Assembly: GCA_963734535.1 (NCBI GenBank)
Contig: CAVTHS010000002.1
Span: forward strand, 32,001-96,000
DNA: 64,000 bases
From: an uncultured Chloroflexia bacterium
GTDB lineage: Bacteria > Chloroflexota > Limnocylindria > Limnocylindrales > CSP1-4
Direction of reading: 5' to 3'
Shown here one piece after another: positions 33,456 to 42,251 of the stretch. The notes under the pieces were generated by a model. It saw nothing but the letters and a program-made list of their open reading frames with translations, was not told the origin of the DNA and did no database searches. Every line of letters begins with the position of its first letter. Position 1 is the first letter of the stretch. Position numbers and translations under genes: made by a program.

Positions 33456-34754
33456 ATGGCACGCTCGATCTGGTCGGTCGTCCTGGGGACGTTGACGCTC
33501 CGTTTCAGCACGGGCCTGACCGGCGCGATGCTCGTCTATTACCTGGCGGACCTGCCGAAGCACGGCGGCGAGCCGGTGTCGTCCATCACCGTGGCGATCT
33601 TCACCGCCTCGTTCTTCGCGGCCGAGCTGGTCCTCTCGCCCCTGTTCGGCCCGCTGGCCGATCGCTTCGGGTACCACCGGATCATGCAGCTCGGTCCTGC
33701 CTTCGGGGCGGCGGCGGTCATCCTCACCGGGATCACGACGAACCTCTGGCTGCTCGGCGGCACTCGCTGGCTGGAGGGCGCCTCCACGGCGGCCAGCGTG
33801 CCGTCCATCCTCGGCTTCATCGCGATCGCGACGATGGGCGACGAGGGCCTGCGCGGCAAGGCGGTCGCCCGCTTCGAGGCGGCCACGCTGGCCGGCCTGG
33901 GGGCGGGGATCGTGGCAGCCGGGCCACTCTGGACGCTCCTCCATCGCGAGGCCTTCTTCGTGAACGCGCTCATCTACGGGGTCTCGTGGGCGATCTATCG
34001 CTTCGGGGTAGCCGACCCGCGAGCGGATCACGGCGGCCACCAGCACGAGGGGCGGACAAGCCTGGCGCGCTACCTGGAGATCCTGTCCGGGGCCCATGTC
34101 TGGCTGCTGGCGCCGACCTGGATCGCGGTCAATGCGGCGATCGGCCTGTGGACCTCGCAGTCGATCTTCCAGCTCGTCAAGGAGCCCGATCCGCGCTATG
34201 CCGACCAGCGCCTGATGGCCGGCGTGTCGCCGCTCCTCGTGAGCGCGGGGCTGGCCGTCGGCATGATCGTGTTCCTCGCCGGCCTCGTCTACTGGGGGAA
34301 CCGCTTCAAGAAGCTGCGCCGGACCACGATCATCTTCTACGGGCTCGGCGGCGGCGCGGCGCTCGTCGTCGCGGCCGTGGCGATCAACCATGGCGCGGGC
34401 ATGCCGGCGATCGTGACGGCCGTCCTGATGGTGCCCGTCGTGGCCGGGTTGTTCGTCCTCGCCGGCGCCACGCCCGCGGCGCTCGGGTTGCTCGCCGACA
34501 TGTCCGAGCCGTACCCGCGCGATCGTGGCGCGATCATGGGGCTCTACTCCGTCTTCCTGGCCCTCGGCCAGATCACCGGCAGCATCGCGGGCGGCGTCGC
34601 CGCTGACGTGAGCGGGATCGACGGCCTCCTCGTGGCCACGCTCGTGATGCTGGCGATCGCCGTCCTGCCGCTGTGGCGGCTTCGAACGGTCGAGCACCAC
34701 CTGCACATGCTCAGCCTGCCCCCGCCCGTGCCCGCTGCCGCGCCCGATTCGTAG
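33456..34754 (+). CDS. MFS transporter
   Basis: GPLADRFG motif A, RGAIMGLYSVF; about 12 TM. Confidence 0.88.
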   Translation: MARSIWSVVLGTLTLRFSTGLTGAMLVYYLADLPKHGGEPVSSITVAIFTASFFAAELVLSPLFGPLADRFGYHRIMQLGPAFGAAAVILTGITTNLWLLGGTRWLEGASTAASVPSILGFIAIATMGDEGLRGKAVARFEAATLAGLGAGIVAAGPLWTLLHREAFFVNALIYGVSWAIYRFGVADPRADHGGHQHEGRTSLARYLEILSGAHVWLLAPTWIAVNAAIGLWTSQSIFQLVKEPDPRYADQRLMAGVSPLLVSAGLAVGMIVFLAGLVYWGNRFKKLRRTTIIFYGLGGGAALVVAAVAINHGAGMPAIVTAVLMVPVVAGLFVLAGATPAALGLLADMSEPYPRDRGAIMGLYSVFLALGQITGSIAGGVAADVSGIDGLLVATLVMLAIAVLPLWRLRTVEHHLHMLSLPPPVPAAAPDS

Positions 34755-34855
34755 GCTCCCGGCACGCGGGTGGCCGTGGTCTGCACGCGGCCACCCGGGC
34801 CGGACATCCGCGCCCGCGGCGCTGAGACGGTCCCCGGCGCCCCTATCATGGGCGG

Positions 34856-35708
34856 ATGCCCAACGTCGCGATCGTGACCGATTCCGCCTCGGACCTTCCG
34901 CTCCCGATCGCCGACGCGATGGGGATCCGGGTCGTGCCGCTCCTCGTCCGCTTCGGGACGCACGAGTACCGGTCCGGCGTTGACCTCTCCACGGCGGACT
35001 TCTGGGCGCGGATGCTCGCCCCGGACGCCCCGTTCCCGACGACCGCCGCGGCTGCGCCCGGCGCCTTCGCGGAGGCGTTCGCCGACGCGTTCGCCGCGGG
35101 AGCCGAATCGGTCGTCTGCGTGACCGTCGGCAGCCGGCTTGTCCGGGACATTCGCGAGCGCGGAGGTCGGGGCGCAGCAGCACCCGGGCCGCGAGATCCA
35201 CGTCGTGGACTCGACCTCGGCCTCGATGGGGACGGGACACCTCGCGATGCTCGCCGCCGAGCTGGCTGCGGCCGGGCGGACCGGCGCGGCGATCGCGGCC
35301 ACGATCCGCGAACGGGCCGCGGACCTGGACCTCTACGTCGCGCTCGACACCCTCGAGTACCTCCGCAAGGGCGGCCGCCTCTCCGCGGCCCGGGCTGCCA
35401 TCGGGACGATGCTCTCGGTCAAGCCGATCATCACGGTCGTGGACGGCCTGGTCGAGACTGCCGATCGGGTCCGCACCCGCGCCCGGGCCCGCGAGCGCGT
35501 GGTCGAGCTGCTCACGGCGCGCCCGGTGGAGCGCATCGCGATCCTCCAGACCGTCACCGACGACATCGAAGCCTTCCGCGACACGGTCGTGGCGGCGCTT
35601 CCAGGCGGCGTCGACCCGGCGTTCGTGAGCATCCGGACGGTGGGCCCTTCCGTCGGACCCCACCTTGGCCCCGGCGCCGTCGGGGCGGTGATGCTGCTTC
35701 GGCGCTGA
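34856..35708 (+). CDS. degV: DegV family fatty-acid-binding protein (frameshift near 35140)
   Basis: IVTDSASDLP..PTTA; then SGT, VVDS, LEYLRKGGRL, VKPII, HLGPG. Confidence 0.9.
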
Positions 35709-36060
35709 GGCCCGGCCGCTCGGGCGCGGAGACCGGTTGCTGGGGGCGCCGAAGGTCGTCTCCGGGACCCGGACCAATGGTTGCGAAGCGGATGCGGGCC
35801 GGGTTCGGTACCATTGCCGTCGGTGACCGGGCCATTCCGCCCGGAGCCTGCGTCCCCGTTCGGCACTCGCCGCGGGACAGGAGCGGGCCGGATGATCGGC
35901 CCAACGCAACACTCCGTCGTGGAGGACGGTCCCGCGAGGCGGGTCCGCAACGTCCCGACCGGCAGCCGTCCCGGAGGCGGCAGCGTGGCCGCCCTCGAGG
36001 GGCGGCGATCGCAGCGGTCGTCCGGCGTCCCGGGCGACCGAGCAGGAGGACCTCCGCTCC

Positions 36061-37326
36061 ATGACCACCGAACAGGTCGCCGCGACGATCAACCCGTGGG
36101 CCGTCGCCCAGCAGCAGTTCGACCTCGCGGCCGAGCACCTGAAGCTGGACCCGGGCATCCGCCAGGTCCTTCGCGAGCCCCGCCGAGCCCTCACGGTGAC
36201 GTTCCCCGTCAAGATGGACGACGGGACGGTCCGCGTCTTCACCGGCTACCGCGTCCAGCACAACCTCGGCCGCGGGCCGGCCAAGGGCGGAATCCGCTAT
36301 CACCAGGACGTCAGCATCGACGAGGTCAAGGCCCTCGCGATGTGGATGACCTGGAAGTGCGCGGTCGTCGGCATCCCCTACGGCGGCGGCAAGGGCGGCG
36401 TCATCGTCGACCCCAAGAAGCTCTCGCTCAAGGAGCTCGAGGCGCTCACCCGGCGCTACACCACCGAGATCAGCGTCCTGATCGGTCCCGAGCGCGACAT
36501 CCCGGCCCCGGACGTCAACACGACGCCGCAGATCATGGCCTGGATGATGGACACGTACTCGATGCACGCCGGGTACACGGTCCCGGGCGTCGTCACCGGC
36601 AAGCCCATCAGCCTCGGCGGGTCCGAGGGGCGCAACGAGGCCACGGCCCGCGGATGCGTCTACACGGTCGTGGCCGCTGCCAAGCACCTCGGCGTGGACC
36701 TCACGAAGACCACCGCCGCGGTCCAGGGCTTCGGGAACGCAGGGTCGATCGCCGCGCGGCTCATCCGCGACGAGGGATCGACGGTCGTGGCCGTCTCCGA
36801 CACGCAGGGCGGGATCCACAAGCCGGGCGGCCTCGACATCGAGAAGGTCCTCGCCTGGAAGCAGGAGCACGGCACCGTCGTCGGGTTCCCTGGCAGCACG
36901 AAGATCACCAATGGCGAGCTCCTCGAGCTCGACGTCGACATCCTGATCCCGGCTGCCTACGAGAACCAGATCACTGCGCGAAACGCGAAGAACGTCAAGG
37001 CGAAGATCATCGCGGAGGCCGCCAACGGCCCGACGACACCCGAGGCGGACGAGATCCTGGCGAAGAAGGGCGTCTTCATGATCCCGGACATCCTCGCCAA
37101 CGCCGGCGGCGTCACCGTCAGCTACTTCGAGTGGGTCCAGGACCTCAACCGGGACCACTGGAGCGAGACGGTCGTCAACGCGAAGCTCAAGGAGATCATG
37201 GACCGCTCCTTCGGCGAGGTCCTCGCCATGTCCCTCCTCGAGGAGGTCAACATGCGGACCGCCGCCTACCTGGTCGCGGTCAAGCGCGTCGCCGATACCA
37301 CCGCCCTTCGCGGCCTCTACCCGTAG
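36061..37326 (+). CDS. gdhA: Glutamate dehydrogenase (Glu/Leu/Phe/Val family)
   Basis: GPAKGGIRY, GGGKGG, DIPAPD, VTGKP, VQGFGNAG, NAGGVTVSYFEW. Confidence 0.95.
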   Translation: MTTEQVAATINPWAVAQQQFDLAAEHLKLDPGIRQVLREPRRALTVTFPVKMDDGTVRVFTGYRVQHNLGRGPAKGGIRYHQDVSIDEVKALAMWMTWKCAVVGIPYGGGKGGVIVDPKKLSLKELEALTRRYTTEISVLIGPERDIPAPDVNTTPQIMAWMMDTYSMHAGYTVPGVVTGKPISLGGSEGRNEATARGCVYTVVAAAKHLGVDLTKTTAAVQGFGNAGSIAARLIRDEGSTVVAVSDTQGGIHKPGGLDIEKVLAWKQEHGTVVGFPGSTKITNGELLELDVDILIPAAYENQITARNAKNVKAKIIAEAANGPTTPEADEILAKKGVFMIPDILANAGGVTVSYFEWVQDLNRDHWSETVVNAKLKEIMDRSFGEVLAMSLLEEVNMRTAAYLVAVKRVADTTALRGLYP

Positions 37327-37394
37327 GCCACCCGGGCGCGGCCGTCTGCTCGAGGGCAGCGGACGCGTCCTCCCAGATCGCTCTCCGGCTGCAC

Positions 37395-37434
37395 CGACGA
37401 ACCCCGGTCGTCAACCGACGACCGGGGTTCGTCG
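37395..37434 (+). terminator. 18-bp perfect hairpin after gdhA
   Basis: CGACGAACCCCGGTCGTC-AACC-GACGACCGGGGTTCGTCG; no U-tract. Confidence 0.7.
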
Positions 37435-37589
37435 CGTCGTGCGCGATCCGGAGCATGTCCACGTCTTCGCCGGCCATCCTTCCGCGGTGCGGATCGCGCG
37501 TGTGCGCCTGCGCACGCCCGCCAAGCACGGCGTGGCACGTTCGTGCAGTCTTGCAGGGCCGCCCGCCCCCAACACCGAGGAGACGCCAC

Positions 37590-37874
37590 ATGCGCGCCGA
37601 CGACATCGAGGTCCGCAACCCGTCCGGGCTCCACGCCCGTCCTGCCGCGCTGTTCGTCAAGACCGCAGCCCGCTTCACGTCGGCGATCACCGTCCAGAAC
37701 GTGACCACGGGCTCGGCGGCGGCGAACGCGAAGAGCATCCTGGCGGTGATGGGGAGCGGCGCCGGCCGCGGCCACATCGTGCGGCTCACCGCCGACGGAC
37801 CGGATGAGGAGCAGGCGATCACCGCCCTCCACGACCTGTTTGCCAGTGGCCTGGGGGAGGAGCTCGAGGCGTGA
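37590..37874 (+). CDS. ptsH: HPr phosphocarrier protein
   Basis: GLHARPA (His15), NAKSIL (Ser46), GPDE; GAGGAG RBS. Confidence 0.95.
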   Translation: MRADDIEVRNPSGLHARPAALFVKTAARFTSAITVQNVTTGSAAANAKSILAVMGSGAGRGHIVRLTADGPDEEQAITALHDLFASGLGEELEA

Positions 37875-39625
37875 CCGGCCCGGTGCGTCTCACCGGGATC
37901 GCGGGAGCCCCCGGGATCGCCATCGGCCCGGTCTGGCGGTTCGACGCAGCCGAGCCGGCGCCGGGGGCCGCCGCCAGCCGTCCGCTGTCGGGCCAGCGTC
38001 CGGCCGACGCGATCGCGGCGGCGGCGGCCGAGACGGCCCGCCAGCTCGACTCGCTCGCGGGCCGCCTGCGCGATCTCGGGCGCGAGCAGGAGTCCGCCAT
38101 CTTCGACGCGCAGTCGATGATGGCCCTCGATCCCGGGCTCGTGGAGGACGCGATCCGGCGAGCCGGCGAGACCGGCGATCCGGCCGAAGCCGTCCGAGCC
38201 GCCGCGGCGGCTGCGGCCGAGCTCCTTGCCTCGCTCGACGACGAGATCCTGTCCGCCCGCGCCGCGGACGTGCGCGACGTGGGGGCGCGCATCTGCCGCG
38301 TCTTGCGGGGTGAGATCCTCGACGTGCCGGCCGTCCCGTCGATCGCCGTCTGCGACGACCTGCCGCCGTCGGTCACCGCCGAGATCCCGCCCGGCTTGCT
38401 GCTCGGGATCGCGCTGGCGGGCGGCTCGCGCACGGCCCACGCGGTGATCCTCGCCCGGAGCCTCGGCATCCCGGCGATCGTCGGGATCGACGGCCTGATC
38501 CCCGCGGTCGACCACCGCTCCGCTTCGCCGGCAGCGCCCGTCACGATCGCCATGGACGGAGAGCGCGGCGAGGTCGTCGTCGATCCGGACTCGCGCGTGG
38601 CATCCGAATACCGCGAGCGCGAGGCGGACCTCGCGGCGCGCCGCGCGACGAACGCCGGACTGCGCGACCGGCCGGCCGCGACCGCCGATGGCGAGCGCAT
38701 CCTCCTCGTCGCGAACATCGGGACGCCGGACGACGCGCCGCGCGCGCTCGCGGCGAGGGCCGAAGGGGTCGGCCTCTTCCGCACCGAGTTCCTGTTCATG
38801 AGCCGGCAGACGCCGCCCACCGAGGCGGAGCAGGTCGATGCGTACCGGCGGGTCCTCGAGGCATTCGGGCCCGAACGGCCCGTTGTCATCCGGCTCGCCG
38901 ACATCGGCGGCGACAAGGCGATCCCGTACCTGCGGCTCGCACCCGAGCAGAACCCGTTCCTCGGGGTCCGGGCCATCCGCCTCGCCTACGCCGACCCGGA
39001 CCTCCTCCTGACCCAGCTGCGCGCGATCTGGCGCGCCGGGGCCGCGGCGAAGGTCGTTCCGCACGTCATGGCGCCGATGGTGGCCACGGTCGCCGACGTG
39101 GAGCTGCTGATGTCCCTGCGCGACCGGGCACGTGACACCCTGGTGGGCACGGGCCAGCCCGTGGCGGAGCGGATGGTGACCGGGATCATGATCGAGGTGC
39201 CCTCGGCCGCGTTCCTCGCCCCGGAGCTGGCCCGGCGGGTCGATTTCTTCAGCATCGGCACGAACGACCTCACGCAGTACATCCTTGCCGCGGACCGGGG
39301 GAACGCGGCCCTCGCCGGGCTCCAGGATGCGCTCCACCCGGCCGTGCTGCGGGCGATCGCCGGTATCGTCGCTGGCGCCGATTCGGCCGGCATCCCGGTC
39401 GCGGTCTGCGGCGAGCTCGCCGGCGACCCGGCGGGCGCGCTCGTCCTCGCGGGCCTCGGCGTGGACGAGCTCTCGGCTGATGCCGGATCGCTCGACGGCG
39501 TCAGGGCCGCCCTCGCCCGCGTGACCCGGCCGCAGCTCGACGCGCTGGCGCGGTCGGCCCTCGAAGCGTTCGACGCCGAGACGGTCCGGGAGATGGCCGG
39601 CGCCCTCCTCGCACCGGGGCGGTAG
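37871..39625 (+). CDS. ptsI: PEP-protein phosphotransferase (PTS enzyme I)
   Basis: TAHAVILAR (phospho-His), GVGLFRTEFLF, ENPFLG-like, SIGTNDLTQY, VCGELA. Confidence 0.95.
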   Translation: MTGPVRLTGIAGAPGIAIGPVWRFDAAEPAPGAAASRPLSGQRPADAIAAAAAETARQLDSLAGRLRDLGREQESAIFDAQSMMALDPGLVEDAIRRAGETGDPAEAVRAAAAAAAELLASLDDEILSARAADVRDVGARICRVLRGEILDVPAVPSIAVCDDLPPSVTAEIPPGLLLGIALAGGSRTAHAVILARSLGIPAIVGIDGLIPAVDHRSASPAAPVTIAMDGERGEVVVDPDSRVASEYREREADLAARRATNAGLRDRPAATADGERILLVANIGTPDDAPRALAARAEGVGLFRTEFLFMSRQTPPTEAEQVDAYRRVLEAFGPERPVVIRLADIGGDKAIPYLRLAPEQNPFLGVRAIRLAYADPDLLLTQLRAIWRAGAAAKVVPHVMAPMVATVADVELLMSLRDRARDTLVGTGQPVAERMVTGIMIEVPSAAFLAPELARRVDFFSIGTNDLTQYILAADRGNAALAGLQDALHPAVLRAIAGIVAGADSAGIPVAVCGELAGDPAGALVLAGLGVDELSADAGSLDGVRAALARVTRPQLDALARSALEAFDAETVREMAGALLAPGR

Positions 39626-39640
39626 GCGACCCGAGGAGCG

Positions 39641-41308
39641 TTGACGTTCGTGGAGGGTTCACCCGGGCTCGAGATGGCGCCGACCGCCGACTGGAGCGAT
39701 CCCGCCTGCCGCCGGTTCTCCCGGCGCGGGTTTCTCGCCGCCGCCGCTGGGCTCCTCGCGGCGGCGTGCGGACCCACGTATCCCTCCGGCGCGCCACGGT
39801 CGCCGTCGCCGTCCCCGTCACCGGTGTCGAGCGTCCCGGCTGCATCCGCCTCGCCGTCGCCCGTCCCGCCGACGACGAGCTCACCTTCCCCCGGGCTCCC
39901 GGGACCGAGCCCCTCGCGAGGCCCCAGCGCGGTCGCCGAGGAGAATCGGCGGCCCGGGGACCAGGGCTGGCGAGCCGGCCTGTCCGGCACGCCGACGATC
40001 CTCGGGTTCCTCGACCGGACGTCGGTCGCGCCCGGCGATTCAATCGGGCTCCGCGTGCGGGGAAACGGTCCGTTCGATGCTCGCTGGTATCGCGTCGGAT
40101 GGTACGGGGGTGCTGGAGGCCGGCCGATGCGGGTCGACCAGGGCCTCTCGGCGAAGCCGACCCCTGGGCTCGTCGTCGACGCAGCGTCAGGGCTCGCCGA
40201 GGAGCCGTGGCCGGAGGCTCTCCGGATCGAGGTGCCGCCCGACTGGCCAAGCGGCGTGTACGTGGTTGTCCTCGACCCGCCGTCGGGGTCGGCCGGCATG
40301 GCCGTCTTCGTCGTTCGGCCGGGCACCGTGGCCCCGGCGTCGGTGCTCTACGTGAACGCCGCGGCGACCTGGCAGGCATACAACCACCATGGACCGTCGC
40401 TCTACGGCTCGCTCCCGGCGGGCCGGTACGGCGGCGGATCGGGTGAGCGAGCCGTCGAGATCAGCTTCGATCGCCCCTACAGCGAGGCCGGCGGGGCCGG
40501 CTACCTTCCGCGTTGGGAGGCCGCGTTCATCCGGTGGCAGGAGCGCAACGGCCACGACGTGGCCTACTGCGCGGACCTCGACCTGGAGATGCACCCGGAG
40601 GTCGTGGGTGGTCGCCGCCTCCTGGTCCTGCCGGGCCACCACGAGTACTGGACCGGACCGATGCGCGACACGCTCGAGGCGGCGCTGGCGACCGGGATGA
40701 GCGCGGCGTTCCTGGGCGCCAACACGATCTACTGGCAGGTGCGCCTGGAGGCCTCCCCGCTTGGCCCGGGCCGACGGATGATCTGCTACAAGTCGAGGAG
40801 CGCGGACCCGATCACGGCGACGCATCCCGAGCTCACCACGTGCCAGTGGCGGCTGCCTCCGGTCAGCAGGCCCGAATCGCTGGTCATCGGCCAGATGTAC
40901 GGCCACGTGGTCCGCCGGCCGGCCGACTGGGTCGTGGTGAACTCCGGTCATTGGCTCTACCAAGGGACAGGCGTCCGGGACGGGGACCGCTTCGTGAGCC
41001 TCGTGGGCCAAGAGTACGACACGATCCACCCGAAGACCTCGCCGCCCGGCGTCGAGCTGTGGGCGCAGAGCCCCGTCGTGGCAGACAGGAACGAGACCGA
41101 CCCCACGGGTCATCCCACGGTGCACACCGCCACCGTCTACACGACCCCGGCGGGCGGCACGGTGGTCGCCGCGGGCACCTACCAATGGAGCTGGGCCCTC
41201 GACACGTTCGGGCAGCATTCCTACCAGAGTCGCTTCACGCCGACCGATTCGCGGGTGGCACGCGTCACCACGAACATCTATCGCCGCCTGGGCGACGGCA
41301 CGGGCTGA
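39641..41308 (+). CDS. Tat-exported lipoprotein with N,N-dimethylformamidase beta-subunit-like domain
   Basis: SRRGFL..LAAAC signal, Ser/Pro linker, SGVY, TWQAYN, SFDRPY, GHHEYW, GANTIYW. Confidence 0.8.
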   Translation: MTFVEGSPGLEMAPTADWSDPACRRFSRRGFLAAAAGLLAAACGPTYPSGAPRSPSPSPSPVSSVPAASASPSPVPPTTSSPSPGLPGPSPSRGPSAVAEENRRPGDQGWRAGLSGTPTILGFLDRTSVAPGDSIGLRVRGNGPFDARWYRVGWYGGAGGRPMRVDQGLSAKPTPGLVVDAASGLAEEPWPEALRIEVPPDWPSGVYVVVLDPPSGSAGMAVFVVRPGTVAPASVLYVNAAATWQAYNHHGPSLYGSLPAGRYGGGSGERAVEISFDRPYSEAGGAGYLPRWEAAFIRWQERNGHDVAYCADLDLEMHPEVVGGRRLLVLPGHHEYWTGPMRDTLEAALATGMSAAFLGANTIYWQVRLEASPLGPGRRMICYKSRSADPITATHPELTTCQWRLPPVSRPESLVIGQMYGHVVRRPADWVVVNSGHWLYQGTGVRDGDRFVSLVGQEYDTIHPKTSPPGVELWAQSPVVADRNETDPTGHPTVHTATVYTTPAGGTVVAAGTYQWSWALDTFGQHSYQSRFTPTDSRVARVTTNIYRRLGDGTG

Positions 41309-41435
41309 GCCGCGCCGGCAGGCCTGCCGCACCGTCGAGCCCGGGCGCGCGCGTCGTGCGGCAGCACCGCCGCAGCCTCGCCGGAGCAGGCCTGAGACCC
41401 GCGGCACCGGCGGATGGCCGGTGTACCATCCCGGC

Positions 41436-42041
41436 ATGCTCGACCACGAAGAGAAGTTCCTGTTCAAGGAGGAGATCGGCCACCTGGGGACCGCGATGGC
41501 GGACACCGCGGTGCTCGACAACGTCGAGGATCTCCTCACGGACGTCATCACCAGCCCGCGCTTCGATTCGGAGGTCTTCACGCTGGAGCGGTCGCTCCAG
41601 GTGATGCTCGGCGCGCGTGCCGGAAGCACGCTCGTTGGCCTGCTGACCGTGACGCCGGAGGTCTTTGACGAGGTGGCCGAGGTCCGGATCTCACCGGAGG
41701 TCCACGAGCGACTCGTCGCATGGCGCGCCCGCTTCGGCCTGGCCATCGACAACGCCCTCAACTTCCTCAACAACCCCGACGGGATCCAGGGCCACTCGTT
41801 CGCGACGCAGATCGCCCACATCGAGGACCGCCGCGTCCTGCAGGGCCGCCTGACCCTGGTTCGCTATAACAACGAGCCGCAGTTCTTCGTTGCGGACGCG
41901 AGTGTCTTCCTGGGCCTGGTCAGCGACGTCCTCGAGCGGCTTGGCCCGTACCTCGAGCCCGACGCGGTCGACCCCGAGACGATCGCCCGCCTCAAGGAGG
42001 CGATCGCGCTCGTCGAGCGGAAGACCACCCCGCGCGGATGA
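41436..42041 (+). CDS. Hypothetical protein (201 aa; possible COMM-like fold)
   Basis: Strong coding signal; ATG 6 nt after TACCAT; helical N-terminal half and beta-beta-beta-alpha C-terminal half. Confidence 0.75.
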   Translation: MLDHEEKFLFKEEIGHLGTAMADTAVLDNVEDLLTDVITSPRFDSEVFTLERSLQVMLGARAGSTLVGLLTVTPEVFDEVAEVRISPEVHERLVAWRARFGLAIDNALNFLNNPDGIQGHSFATQIAHIEDRRVLQGRLTLVRYNNEPQFFVADASVFLGLVSDVLERLGPYLEPDAVDPETIARLKEAIALVERKTTPRG

Positions 42042-42229
42042 GCCGTCGGGGCGGCCAGCGCGCATCGCGGCGTCGGCCGCGGCAGCGACCGGGCACACCA
42101 CCGGGCCGGCTGTCGCCGAGCGTCGCGCGACGGAACCGACGCCTCGCATTCGTCCTCCTCGCCGCGTTCGCGTTGATCGCGCTCGCGATCATCGCGAGCC
42201 CGTTCGCGACCGCGCCCACCCGGCCCTAG
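42038..42229 (+). CDS. Small Arg-rich single-pass membrane protein
   Basis: ATGA overlap; basic N-terminus followed by LAFVLLAAFALIALAIIA. Confidence 0.6.
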   Translation: MSRRGGQRASRRRPRQRPGTPPGRLSPSVARRNRRLAFVLLAAFALIALAIIASPFATAPTRP

Positions 42230-42251
42230 AACGTCGCCGCGCCGCCGCCGC

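Noticed and set aside
39790-39930. TCGCCG-type repeats
   Set aside because: They simply encode the Ser/Pro linker of the lipoprotein.
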